In this document: positions 51,858 to 64,000 of the stretch, piece by piece
Layout: each line of letters begins with the position of its first letter
Numbering within the stretch: the first letter of the stretch is position 1
NCBI RefSeq assembly: GCF_008831285.2
Contig: NC_045138.2
Location: forward strand, 1,178,001-1,242,000
Direction of reading: 5' to 3'
DNA length: 64,000 nucleotides
Origin: Nymphaea colorata
Taxonomy: Eukaryota
Program-made: the position numbers and the translations under genes
Notes under the pieces: model-generated
Told to the model about the DNA's origin: nothing
The model's database searches: none
The model's input: only the letters and a program-made list of their open reading frames with translations

Positions 51858-53096
51858 ATCCATGACGCAGATCTTGTGTTCATACTACCGTAAGTGTAAC
51901 CCATGCTGATAGGTGCAGTGAACATGGGTACAACTATGTATTGCTGTATCCTAGGACTTAAAAATTTATTTTCAAATTTAATTTTTTAAATTTTGTCTTT
52001 TCCCTTCTTTTTTATTTTCCTTCCACCAAGATTCCATATTCTCTTATTATTTTTCTTTAATTCTTGATTATTCGTGTGGATATATATATATATATATATA
52101 TATAATGCATATATTCATATACACACTCCCATCATTTCAAATTTTCTAAAATCACCATACCCATACCCATGTACCTGCTACTTTACCCCTATATCTAAAT
52201 TTTCTAAAATGGCCATACTCGTAGTCTGGTACCCACGTCACCATGTACCCATGTACCCACTGAAGTAGCAAAGCCCCATCAACAGGACTCTTGTAGTGTC
52301 ATACAAGCTTTCTCCACTATAGCCACATGTACAGGTCTGGTGACTCAGGTCTTTAGGATGCTTTTTTTTACCGCTACGATTATTGCTATATCGGCGGTGA
52401 ATTGAAATTTCTGTTATGAGATATTCTAGCCGTGACAATATCACCGGTATGGATCTGCACTACTGTTAATGACTATGGCATGGGAAAAGATCTATAACAG
52501 TGAATATTCTCACTCTATTAGTATATTTATATTTTTTAAAAAAATGGCACTGCTTGTAAAGCAGGCACAATTTGGTGCTAGCTTTCATTTGCATTGGTTC
52601 AGCAAAAGCCATCTATCTAACAGAAATAAAATAGTCAACTTTTGAGCTGAGAAATGATAGCGATGGGAAGTCGACCTTACAACATAATGCAAATAAATTT
52701 GTCAACAATATCTTACCTTGTTGGTGTTAGATTTTGTTACCATATATACATTTCTTGTAGCCGTTAATGTACAGTTGAGGATTGTACGCCTTCCTTCTTA
52801 CCTCTCTTTCTAACTCAAATTACATAACCAGTGAAGATGGCTCCAATGTACAATAGCTTCTACAGACAACAACTCTATTGATGAATGACACTCCCTCTCC
52901 TCGAAACCAAAAGGATGATGCTCGATGGTTATCAACTCTAACAGAAGATGGCAGGTGGGGATCAATCCTGCAGGCTATTGAAGATAATAATCACCACAAG
53001 GTAGCTGCTATGGGTAAGGATCAACATAAGGCAGCTGCGGTGGCCAAAACCATTACCGATATGGTTGATCAGAAAATTAAGAAAGGAGATCAAATG

Positions 53097-53885
53097 TGTA
53101 ACCAAGAAAATTGTCAAGAGATTGACAGTTTGAGAAAACGGCTAAACCTTCCAAATGGTGTAAGCCTTTAAAAATCAATAGAACCTCTCACACAAACGAT
53201 TGAGCTCTGAGAGAGAAACTAGTTGCTCGTGGATGTAGACTCAAAACAAAGTCAAACCACATTGTTTGAGTTTTCTTGTGCTTTCTCTTTTACAGTATCA
53301 AAGCCAAAGTTTCTAAGACGTAAATTTCTTCCCACCCTTTAGAAATGGCAGATTACAATAGCAGCCATACACCAGAGTGTTCTACACCAAACACATCACA
53401 AAATATAGGTTAGATCTTTCCTGTGCTTCCTACACCTACAAATATGCAGTATCTCCTTTCCATTAAGCTTGCATCATATAATTATTTGATTTGGTAATCA
53501 CAGTTCATGCCTCTCTTTAAGAATTATAATCTTATGTGTTTCATAGATTGTAAACAACCATGCCCATCTGAATGAATAGATGACAGTAATGGCTTAAAGT
53601 GACACAATTCAAAATATGATGAATGATATAGATTTTATCGGCTTTTATTAAGTTGTATTCTCTCTTCATTAACTGATCTAGTTCGCAGTCACGTTGTGGG
53701 ACTCTATTCTTCCCTTGAATTATGGAATGCTCACAGGCAAACGTATGCTGCTCCATCAAGAGCTAAAACTCAGCAGTTGAAAAGCCAACTCTAAAATTTA
53801 AGAGAAGGCACAAAAACTAGTTCAGAATACTTTTGTAGAGCAAAAGGTATTTCTCACCAATTAGCACTGGCATCAAAACCAATGG
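53097..53885 (+). mobile_element. Old copia (RE1/RE2-like) 5' remnant: putative LTR ~53097-53294, degenerate PBS and gag fragment
   Basis: From 53345: ...LLSIKLASYNYLIW*SQFMPLFKNYNLMCFIDCKQPCP... and LELWNAHRQTYAAPSRAKTQQLKSQL*NLREGTKTSSEYFCRAKGISHQLALASKPMDE, typical copia gag. PBS-like gtatcaaagcc at 53295. LTR start uncertain. Confidence 0.75.
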
Positions 53886-54430
53886 ATGAAGAGACCAGTG
53901 ACTCTTGATGTTCTTTTGGGAGAAGTCTTTGCAGAGATCGTAACACGTGTTGTTTGTTCGTCACCGACCACGTTGTCGGTTCCTGATCTTGCCAACATGA
54001 AGCTCACGTAAGTTTTATGTCATCTCCAACATATTCAACTTTCAAGCACTCTACATGGATTCTCATCAATGACTTTTCCTGAAAGAACATCAAGAGTCAC
54101 TGGTTTCTTCATGACATCCTTATTCATGATCCTGCCCATGGAGCTCCTCCTCCCATCTCCTACTAAATTCCTCAAATTCGTAAGAACCAGTTCCTTTATC
54201 TCTCTTCTATATTTATGAAGATGTAGTATTTTCGGTTAGGAAGAATTGTGAAGGTATGCATAAATAGGCAGGTCTTCGCGTGTTTGACAATAAAAAAATA
54301 TTTTTAAATCATAAAATATTTTTTAAATAGTAAAATAAATATTATCAAATTAAAAATTAATAAAAAATTATTTTATAAATATTATCGGGCTGAACCGGGC
54401 CCTGGACCAGCCCGATAGCCGAAACCTAGG
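53886..54430. repeat. F-box-derived hairpin 3 (left arm truncated to ~50 bp)
   Basis: 53886-53937 pairs with ~54061-54111; the rest of the left arm is lost at the duplication junction. Confidence 0.9.
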
Positions 54431-55100
54431 GCTGGGCTGGGGCTTGATACTAAAAAAATATTTTAAAATAAATTATTAATAGTAAACTACAATTTATTAA
54501 ATTAAAAAATAATAAAAAAAATATTTTTAAAATATTACCTGGCTTTCAAGGGTCGGGCCAAGCCTGATAGCTGAAACCTATGTCGGACCCTGCCCAGCTT
54601 GTTTGATAATAAAAAATATATTTTTTAAATTATAAAATAATTTTTAATAGTAAAACTCACATTATTAAATTAAAAAATAATAAAAATTATTTTTTTAATA
54701 TTACCGGGCACGATCGGCCCTGGTCGGGCCGACCCGGGTTGAAGCATCAAGCTCAGGTCAGGGCCCAGGCCCGACCGGGCCAGGTACTGGGTACCCGTTG
54801 GGGGCCCGTCCCGGTGCCCACCCCTGGAAACCAACAAGGGAGGAAACCTTTTTTTTAAACCATAAGTTCAAGAGAGGTTTTTGTAAAAATCTCTAAATTG
54901 TCAACTATAAGCCGAACGTTCCTAACTACCCTAGAGTTAGGGTCCTGAGCAGATATCACATTGTTTCTAATGTTTCAGACACCTGTTTTAAAGTTTCGAA
55001 CAGATACATAAACAACCCCAATATCTAGGATGTATGTATAAAACAAAAATTTTGTCGAACAAATTGACCCCTCCACAAACTGGATGGAACTAGCCTGTGG

Positions 55101-58100
55101 TCATCCTATTGTCCCCTCCAAGAAATCGTAACTTAACTTTAGAATGTCAAAGACCTTTTTCTCCACACCTTCGGTCTCGCCCGTGCATTTTTTCAGAGCT
55201 CTCAAAGTATCCTCCCACACCCCAGCATCGTCATTGTTCCTTAGGGCTGCTCCAATTGTGGTGATCGCTATCGGCAGACCACCGCACTCCCTGAGGACCT
55301 CCATTGCAATTTTTTCTATAGGTGGTTGTTTGATGACATTCCCTGTGTTATGAAGGAATAGGGACATTGCTGTTAGTTAATGTGAACGTGTGAGCAATAT
55401 GTCGAAGTGGAGATCGTGTAAACGTGTGGTGGTTTTTTTTTTAGTTTCTTTTCTTTAGCCATAAAAATAGGAATTAGTGGTTATGTGTCCATAAAATGAG
55501 GCTGCTTTTGGCAAGTGGCATTAGTGGGTAGTTTTTTCTTTTGTTCTTTAAATACTAGTACATGTGTGTAGTCCAAAGTGTGAGAAAAAGAAAAATAGTA
55601 TTGAGTTTCTTTTGTTCAACTTTACCTTAACGTGACTTTCGTTAGTTTTTTTTGTGTGTGGAAGTTAGAAAGACTTCCTTCAATCTTGGTATCAGAGCGC
55701 CAGGTTGCGTGGGCATCTCAAGTATCGTGGAGCATTGCAGAAGCAAGGAACTCCAAATCGTGTGCTATTGGTAAGAGTTATTTTTTGAAAGCTGGTATGG
55801 CTAATTCAAATACTCTCAATTTATCCCAATCCTTAGTTCCTATTTTTAGTGGTGAGAACTATGAGTTTTGGAGTATCAAAATGAAGACTTAGTTCATTTT
55901 ACAAGATCTTTGGGAGTTAGTTGAGAATGGTTATGCAGAAACTGAAATATCAAAGGCAGCAGGAAAGTCAATAGAGAAAATTGATGTTAAGGAATTTCGG
56001 AAGAAAGATGCAAATGCACTTTCAGTATTGCAGCAGGTTGTATCAGAGACTGTCTTCCCAACTATTGCTGGTGCAGAGAAGTCAAGTGAAGCGTGGCTAT
56101 TCCTCAAACAAAAATTTCATGGAGATAAGAAGATTACTACAGTTTAGCTCCAAATCTTAAGGAGAGAGTTTGAAATATTTTGCATGAAAACTCGTGAGTC
56201 CGTTCAAAATTATTTTTCTAGACTCTCTACTATTGTAAATCAAATGAAGAGTTTCGGTGAAGCCATAACCGAGCAAAAGGTGGTTGAAGTGTTAAGAAGT
56301 CTTCCTTCTAAATTTGATCATGTTGTCACTGCAATAGAAGAATCCAAAGATTTGTCTATTTATTCTATTGATGAACTAATGGGGTCTCTTTTAGCACATG
56401 AGCAACACATGAACAGGTCAACAAAAAAAGGGATAAAGCAAGTTTTCCAAACAAAGATAGAGTTTTCAAAAGAGAAGAATGGAAGCTATGATCAAAGAAA
56501 TGAAGGAAGGAGTCAAGGACGAGGAGGCTATAGAGGAGTCACTCGTGGTTATGGTAGAGGACGTGGAAGATTCCATAGAAATTTCCATAAAACCCATGAC
56601 ACAACAGGGAAAGGTAATCAAAATCATTACTTTAGAGGAAAACAATGTAACTTTTGCAAGAAGTTTGGTCATATAAAAGCTAAATGTTTTGAAAAGGCAA
56701 AACAACAAGCTAGTTTTGTAGAAGAAAATGAGAATTTATTTCTAACAACTATGGATGTTAACCATTGCAAGAGTGAAGTTTGGTTTGTAGATAGCGGCTG
56801 CAGTAATCATATGACTGGTGACAAGAGTTTTTTTAAAGACATTGACGAGACTATAAAGTTGGATGTGTGGCTTGGAGACAACAATAGAATAAGTGTGAAG
56901 GGTAAAGGAACAGTTATTATCAAATCAGAAACAGGTATGGAAAGATTTATTAATGATGTGTATTACGTCCCCGGGTTGGCTCAAAATTTGCTTAGTGTTG
57001 GACAACTGGTACAAAAAGGGTACACACTTTTATTTGAAAATCATGCTTGTGAAATTAAAAATAAAAGTGGTGTAGTTCTTGCAAAAGTAAATATGGTTCA
57101 AAATAAAATGTTTCCTCTTGAGACAAATGCTTTTACGACAAAAATTGATGATTCCAAGCTATGGCACGTGAGATATGGGCATCTTCATTTTAATGGGTTG
57201 AAACTCTTACATAAAAAAGGTATGGTAGATGGACTGCCATCTATTGATTGTCATGATGATGTATGTGAAGGGTGTGTTTATGGTAAACAACATAAATTAC
57301 CATTTCAAGTTGGAAAATCATGGAGAGCTAAAATGCCGCTTCAATTAGTTCATGCTGACATATGCGGTCCAATGAAAACTTCTTCATTAAATGGTAGCAA
57401 GTATTTTTTGCTATTTAGTGATGATTACACTAGAATGAGTTGGGTATATTTTCTGAGTCACAAATCTGATGCAATGGATAAATTTAAAGAGTTTAAAGTT
57501 TTTGCAGAAAAAGAAAGTGGAAATGTAATAAATATACTGCGTACGGATAGAGGGGGAGAATTTTTGTCTGACGAATTTGATTTATTTTGTAAAAATCATG
57601 GCATTCGTAGGCTGTTTACAGTAAGGAAGACCCCACAACAAAATGGTGTGGCCAAAAGAAAAAATCGGACAATGGTGGAAATGACACGCAGCATTTTAAA
57701 TGAAAAACATGGTGGAATCGCAAACCAAATGTAAGTATGTTAAAAGTCTTTGGATGTGTTGCATATGCATTAATTGATCCTAGTGAAAGAAGCAAGTTGG
57801 ATAAGAAGAGTGAAAAATACATTTTCATTGGTTATAGTAGTGAAACTAAGGGTTATCGTCTTTATAATCCTATCACTAAGAAGTTGATTATAAGAAGAGA
57901 CATTATATTTGATGAAAAAGCTTGCTGGTATTGGGTTAAGAATGAAACCATGAAACTCCAAGTTGACAGGGAAGAAGTGAATCCAAATCATATTGACGAA
58001 GAACCAAAGGAGAAAGATGAAGCCTTGAAGGAGACGATCAATGAAGGTATTGAATCCATTTCTGAAGAAACTCCTTCAAGAAAGGTACGATCCTTAAATG

Positions 58101-60547
58101 ACATTTATAAGTCTGCATTTGCTTTTGCTGTTATAGAACCTTCAACTTTTAATGAAGCATGTGTAGACAAAAATTGGATGAATGCTATGGAAGAGAAAAT
58201 ACAAACCATAGAAAAGAATGACACGTGAGAGCTCTCTAAGTTGCCAACGGGGAAGGAACCAATTGGAGTAAAATGGGTCTATAAGGTGAAGTATGATGCT
58301 AAAGGTAACGTGAAAAAATATAAAGCAAGGCTGCTTGCTAGAGGTTTTGTGCAAGTATATGGAATTGATTTTACTGAGACGTTTTCACCTGTTGCAAGAT
58401 TTGAGACAGTAAGGATGGTTCTTTCTATTGCTGCTCAATTTAAATAGAAAGTTTTCCAGTTTGATGTCAAGTCTACTTTCCAAAATGACTATTTGAATGA
58501 AGAAGTGTATGTTGATCAACCACCTGGATTTAAAATTAAAGGAAAAGAAGACAAGGTTTATAAACTTAAAAAGGCATTATACGGACTTAAACAAGCTCCT
58601 TGTGCTTGGTATAGTCGTCTTGATAAATTTCTTCATCAAAATGGCTTTCAAAGAAGTGATAGTGAGCCAACTCTTTATGTCAAAGGGAGTGAAAATCATT
58701 TACTTATTGTAAGTGTTTATGTGGATGACATTATCTATACTGGCACTTCTTCTAGCCTTATTGCAAAATTTAAGAATTGTATGATGAGGGAGTTCGAAAT
58801 GTCAGATTTGGGATTGTTGCATTACTTTCTTGGTCTTCAAGTAGTACAAAGTGATGAAGGAATCTTTATATCGCAAGGAAAGTATGCATTGGATACTCTG
58901 AAAAAGTTTAAAATGATGAATTGTAATGGTTGTGCAACTCCCATGAACGCCAACGAAAACTGAATGCAGATGATGGAATGACAAAAGTAAATGAAAAATA
59001 TTTCAGAAGCATGGTCGGGGCATTGATGTACTTGACACATACCAGAACTGACATTGTGTTTTCAGTGAGTTTGATATCAAGGTTCATGCAAGATCCTTCA
59101 GTGCAACATCTTGGTGCAGCAAAAAGAATTTTTCGTTACATTCAATCTACACTCAACTATGAAATTTTTTATAAACCTGTGACTAACTTTGGTTTAATTG
59201 GATATACTGATAGTGATTGGGCAGGTTTTGTTGATGATCGAAAAAGTACAAGTGGTTTTGTATTTGGATTTGGTTCAAGTGCTGTGTCATGGTGCTCAAA
59301 GAAACAAAGTTCAACAGCCTTATCCTCTTCGGAAGCTGAGTATATTGCTGCTACTGCTGCTGCATGTCAAGCGATATGGATGAGACGTACTTTAGAAGAT
59401 CTTCAATTGAAGCAAGAGAATCCAACTCAGTTATACTGTGATAACAAATCTACTATTTCCATGGCAAAAAATCTGTCATTTCACGGAAGGACTAAACATA
59501 TAGAGTTACGTTATCACTTTATTAGAGACGTGATTTAGAAAGAAGAAATTGAGTTGAAGCAATGTTTCACAAAAGAGCAAGTTGTGGATGGTTTTACAAC
59601 AGCACTACCACCATCAACGTTTTTCAATTTTCGAGAAGCGATTGGAGTACAAGAGTTTTCACATTAAGGGGGAGAAATGTTAGTTAATGTGAACGTGTGA
59701 GCAATATGTGGAAGTGGAGAATGTGTAAACATGTGGTGGTTTTTTTTTAGTTTCTTTTCTTTAGCCATAAAAATAAGAATTAGTGGTTGTGTCCACAAAA
59801 TGAGGCTGCTTTTGGCAAGTGGCATTAGTGGGTAGTTTTTTCTTTTGTTCTTTAAATACTAGTACATGCGTGTAATCCAAAGTGTGAGAAAAAGAAAAAT
59901 AGTATTGAGTTTCTTTTGTTCAACTTTACCTTAACGTGCCCTTCTTTAGTTTTTTTTTTTGTGTGTGGGAGTTAGAAAGACTTCCTTCAATTGCATCTTT
60001 CCAGCACATGGCTTCCGTCTTGATGTTTCTGCTAGTTTGCATGGCATCGCATGCATCAAGGGTTCTACTTACGGCCACCACTTTGATTCCATTTGCTGGA
60101 TGAGGAACAACCAACACACGTATATCGATGCCTTGCCAGACAACGTCTAATACCAACAAGTACTTTCCGCCCTTCATTTTTGTTGAAATCAGTTTTTCTC
60201 CTTCGCTTAGATCGGCTCCTTTGGTGGAAAGAGTGCTTTAGGTAGCAGGCAATCTTCTGTTGCCGGCGTTTGTAGTCGGATCTTTGCCTACTACGATGTA
60301 CATGATGAAGTCAAACTCTTTAGCTTTTGTTGTCCACATGCTTCACGATACTAGTCTCGCCGACTCCCCCCATTCTATGGATGCCGATCCTTGATATCCC
60401 GACATCTTGTATGCTGTCCAAAATTTCCTTAACGAAGCGAGTAGTAGTATCTTGCCCATCCAATGGTTCCAGGATGAGTGGCTGTCTCCAATTGATTTCT
60501 CGAGGCCTTGACACTTGTTCCGTCTCCAAAGGTGCCTTCTTTATATG
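55101..60547 (-). pseudogene. NB-ARC fragment 4 (55101-55370 and 59990-60547), interrupted by copia copy B
   Basis: Paralog of fragment 2 with the identical insertion site. Confidence 0.92.
55371..59989 (+). mobile_element. Ty1/copia LTR retrotransposon, degenerate (copy B)
   Basis: LTRs 55371-55682 and 59678-59989; TSD ATTGC; PBS tggtatcagagc 55687-55698; PPT aagggggagaaa. 516-aa gag-protease-integrase ORF 56184-57734; 100-bp deletion in integrase; stops in RT. Confidence 0.98.
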
Positions 60548-60827
60548 ATAGCATTACCTACTTCTTGAAAGTTTTCGTTGGCATTAGTACCTGCCTAATC
60601 AAACTTCCAACTATAATAAATTTATTAACAAAAACTTTATTTAGGAGAAGCTCATGGAACTAATTATTACAATTCTGGCAACATTACGATAATTTCTTCA
60701 ACAAAAGCACTATCCAAGCACATGCATTTTCTAAAGCAAACTAAGACAGGCATTCAGAAAGAAAAGAAACACTATAATCTACTTGTTTTTTGACATAGTA
60801 AAAGGAAAAAACATACAAAACCACACA

Positions 60828-61703
60828 CTTGGGTTTCGGCTATCGGACTGCGCCCGGGCCAGCTCTATAATATTTAAAAAATAATTTTTTTATAAATTTT
60901 AGTTTGATAATATGTATTTTACTATTTTAAAAATTATTTTATAATAAAAAATCATTTTTTTATTATCAAATGGGGCGAGATCTGCCTATTTATGCATACC
61001 TTCACAATCTTCATAACCAAAGAAACTGTTTCGTCATAAATATAGTATAGAGAGAGAAAGAGAAACTGGTTCTTACGAATTTGAGTAATTAAGTAGGAGA
61101 GGGGAGGAGGAACACCATGGGCAAGATCATGAAGAAGGATGCCATGAAGAGACCAGTGACTCTTGATGTTCTTTCAGGAGAAGTCTTTGCAGAGATCGTA
61201 ACACACGTTGTTTGTTCATCACCAACCATGTTGTCGGTTCTTGAACTTGCCAACATGAAGCTCACGTAAGTTTTCCATCATCTCCAACATATTCAACTTT
61301 CAAGCACTTTGCATGGATTATCTGCAATGACTTCTCCTGAAAGAACATCAAGAGTCACTGGTCTCTTCATGATACCCTTATTCATGATCCTGCCCATGGT
61401 GCTGCTCCTCCCATCTCCTACTAAATTCCTCAAATTCGTAAGAACCAGTTTCTTTCTCTCTTTGTCTCTCTCTCTTCTATATTTATGAAGTTGTAGTTTT
61501 TTCGGTTAGGAAGAATTGTGAAGGTATGCATAAATAGGCATCTCTTGGGCCGTTTGATAATAGAAAAATATTTTTAAATTATAAAATTAATTTTTTAAAT
61601 AGTAAAACACATATTATCAAATTAAAAATTAATAAAAAAATTATTTTTTAAATATTATCGGGCTGCCCCGGGGCCTGGCCCGGCCCGATAGCCGAAACCT
61701 TGG
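60828..61703. repeat. F-box-derived hairpin 4 (arms 60828-61195 / 61321-61703)
   Basis: Paralog of hairpin 2 with the same perfect 43-bp stem. Confidence 0.95.
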
Positions 61704-62372
61704 GCTGGGCTGGGGCTTGATACCAAAAAAATATTTTAAAATAAATTTTTAATAGTAAACTACAATTTTTTAAATTAAAAAATAATAAAAGAAATATTTT
61801 TAAAATATTACCTGGCTGATCAGGACCGGGCCCAGCCCGATAGCTGAAACCCGTGCCCAACCCTGCCCAACTTGTTTGATAATAAAAAATATTTTCTAAA
61901 TTATAAAATAATTTTTAATAGTAAAACATACATTATTATATTAAAAAATAACAAAAAATTATTTTTCAAATAATATCGGGCTGGATCGGCCCTGGTCGGG
62001 CCGACCCGGGCTCAAGCTTCAGGCTCGGGTCCAGGCCCGGGCCCGACTAGGACAGGTACTGGGTACCCGTTGGGGGGCCATCCCGGTGCCCACCCCTGGA
62101 AACCAACAAGGGAGGAAACCTTTTTTTTTAACCATAATTTCAAGAGAGGTTTTTGTAAAAATCTCTAAATTCTAAATTCTAAGCCGAACGTTCCTAACTA
62201 CCCTAGCGTTAGGGTCCTCAGCAGATATCACACTGTTTCTAATGTTTCAAACACCTGTTTTAAAGTTTTGAACAGATACATAAACTACCCCAATATCTAG
62301 GATGTATGCAAAAAACTAAAATTTTGTCAAACAAATTGACCCCTCCACAAACTGGATGGAACTAGCCTGTGG

Positions 62373-63553
62373 TCATCCTATTGTCCCGTCCAAGAAAGCG
62401 TAACTTAACTTTAGAATGTCAAAGACCTTTTTCTCCATACCTTCGGACTCGCCCGTGCATTTTTTCAGAGCTCTCAAAGTATCCCCCCACACCCCGGCAT
62501 CGTCATTGTTCCTCAGGGCTGCTCCAATTGTGGTGATCGCTATCGGCAGACCAGCACACTCCCTGAGGACCTCCATTGCAATTTTTTCTATAGGTAGCTG
62601 TTTGATCACATTCCCTTTGTTATAAAGGAATAGGGACATTGCATCTTTCCAGCACATGGCTTCCACCTTGACGTTTCTGCCAGTTTGCATGGGATCGCAT
62701 GCATCAAGGGTTCTACTTACGACCACAACTTTGCTTCCATTTGCTGGATCAGGAACACCCAACACACGTATATCGAAACCTTGCCAGACATTATCTAATA
62801 TCAACAAGTACTTTCCACCCTTCATTTTTGTTGAAATCAGTTTTTCTCCTTCGCTTAGATCTGCTCCTTTTGCAGAAAGAGTGCTTTAGGTAGCAGGCAA
62901 TCTTCTGTTGCAGGCGTTTATAGTCGGATATTTTCCTACTACGATGTACATGACAAAGTCGAAATCTTTAGCTTTTGTTGTGCACATGCTTCACGATACT
63001 AGTCTCGCCAACTCCCCCCATTCTGTGGATGCCGATCCTTGATATCCTGGCGTCTTGTATGCTGTCCAAAATTTCCTTAACGAAGCGAGTAGCAGTATCT
63101 TGCCCATCCAATGGTTCCAGGATGAGTGGCTGTGACCAATCGATTTCTCGAGGCCTTGACACCTGTTCCGCCTCCAATGGTGCCTACTTTATATGTGCCG
63201 TAGCAATACCAACAGTTGGGCAATTCACGGCAACAGGTGCACGTCCCTTTGGTGTTCGGAAAGCCTTTGAAAATGCACTCTGCTTCATCCTTTAGCTCCT
63301 GAGTCTTCATCTGCCACTCTTCTTCCTCTTGTCGAATATCTCTACCTTTAAGATCTTCATCTCTCACCAAGTTATTGACAAGCACTTCTATCTTTCTTAG
63401 CTCACTGATTTCCCTTCCCAGAGTTTCATAGTTCGATTCGTGGTTCTTTAGGTAACCCGCATGCCTCCTTGCATGGACGTACGTCCTTTTGAGCGATGCA
63501 AGAAGGCACTCACAGATGGCATCGGCCGGGATGGGGACGCAGCCGCAGGCCAT
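62373..63553 (-). pseudogene. CC-NB-ARC pseudogene 5, N-terminus retained, no LRR
   Basis: Paralog of 40881-42061 with the same frameshifts, P-loop RMGGVGET and truncation. Confidence 0.93.
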
Positions 63554-64000
63554 TCTGATTCTTCTCTTTGGTCCGCCCTTAAACCAGCAAGATGGTAGCT
63601 GCCATTGCAGGTAATGGGATTTTCAGATGGATACTGGTGAACAAGAGCAAGGCATCCTTTTATATATCAGAGAATTGAACAAGTCCAGATGATCGTCCTC
63701 ATGCCTCTTAGTTAATCCTCTAGCTGGCCAGCGTTGGGACATGGCCTAGAGTAATGCCCATGTCACCATCATTGAAGAGGCTTCCACTAATCCGTGATGA
63801 TGTTAAAAGGGTCCATTCATCCTGTATAACAGCTGTTAGAAAGATCTCCTGTCAATAGTTAGAAATTAGAATAGAAGTCAGAAGATTAAAATGCCTCTAA
63901 TTTTTTTTTTTTAAAAAAAGCTCTACAACTTGTCTAAGTAAAAAGTTGACGTCTATGTGTTAAAGGTCATCCCAAGGAGACAGGTTTGTCTAAGTAAATA

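Larger units (their letters stand above)
53886..64000 (+). repeat. Segmental duplication B of 32453-42509 (continues beyond the window)
   Basis: Colinear throughout at an offset of ~21.4 kb: hairpin, MITE, NB-ARC with copia, hairpin, CC-NB-ARC and upstream region. Confidence 0.97.

Noticed and set aside
52878..53171. 97-aa ORF
   Set aside because: No recognisable domain; it overlaps the putative LTR of the copia remnant.
53886..64000. Segment B as a pure assembly duplication of segment A
   Set aside because: A and B differ by many substitutions and reciprocal private deletions, and B has its own junction. Two haplotypes assembled in tandem cannot be fully excluded without reads.

Overview
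Flowering-plant nuclear DNA; the species cannot be assigned from the sequence. The only clearly intact gene is a 10-exon plant alcohol dehydrogenase (20156-23019, +, 379 aa). The rest is a heavily rearranged region of pseudogenes and repeats with many gene-derived inverted repeats. (i) Four tandem pseudogenes of an At1g67623-like F-box gene (10.5-15.6 kb, -) alternate with a 49-bp minisatellite and are bracketed by a long inverted repeat. (ii) A ~2.6-kb unit joins a truncated, P-loop-mutated RPS2/RPS5-like NB-ARC fragment to a hairpin built from the promoter and first exon of the same F-box family. Tandem repetition plus a ~10-kb segmental duplication (32453-42509 = 53886-64000) gives 5 NB-ARC fragments, 4 hairpins and 2 copies of one Ty1/copia insertion (TSD ATTGC). 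(iii) A ~550-bp head-to-head inverted duplication of a DUF4408-like gene (46352-47554) has a right arm that runs in frame into an F-box exon. (iv) A ~450-bp inverted repeat lies at 3.6/5.3 kb. Also present: a MITE-junction satellite with ABC-ABC structure, MITEs, a solo LTR and an older copia gag remnant. The best candidate for an undescribed system is an amplified cluster of hairpin-RNA (siRNA/proto-miRNA) cassettes linking F-box and NLR sequence. The structure is visible in the sequence, but expression and function are inference.
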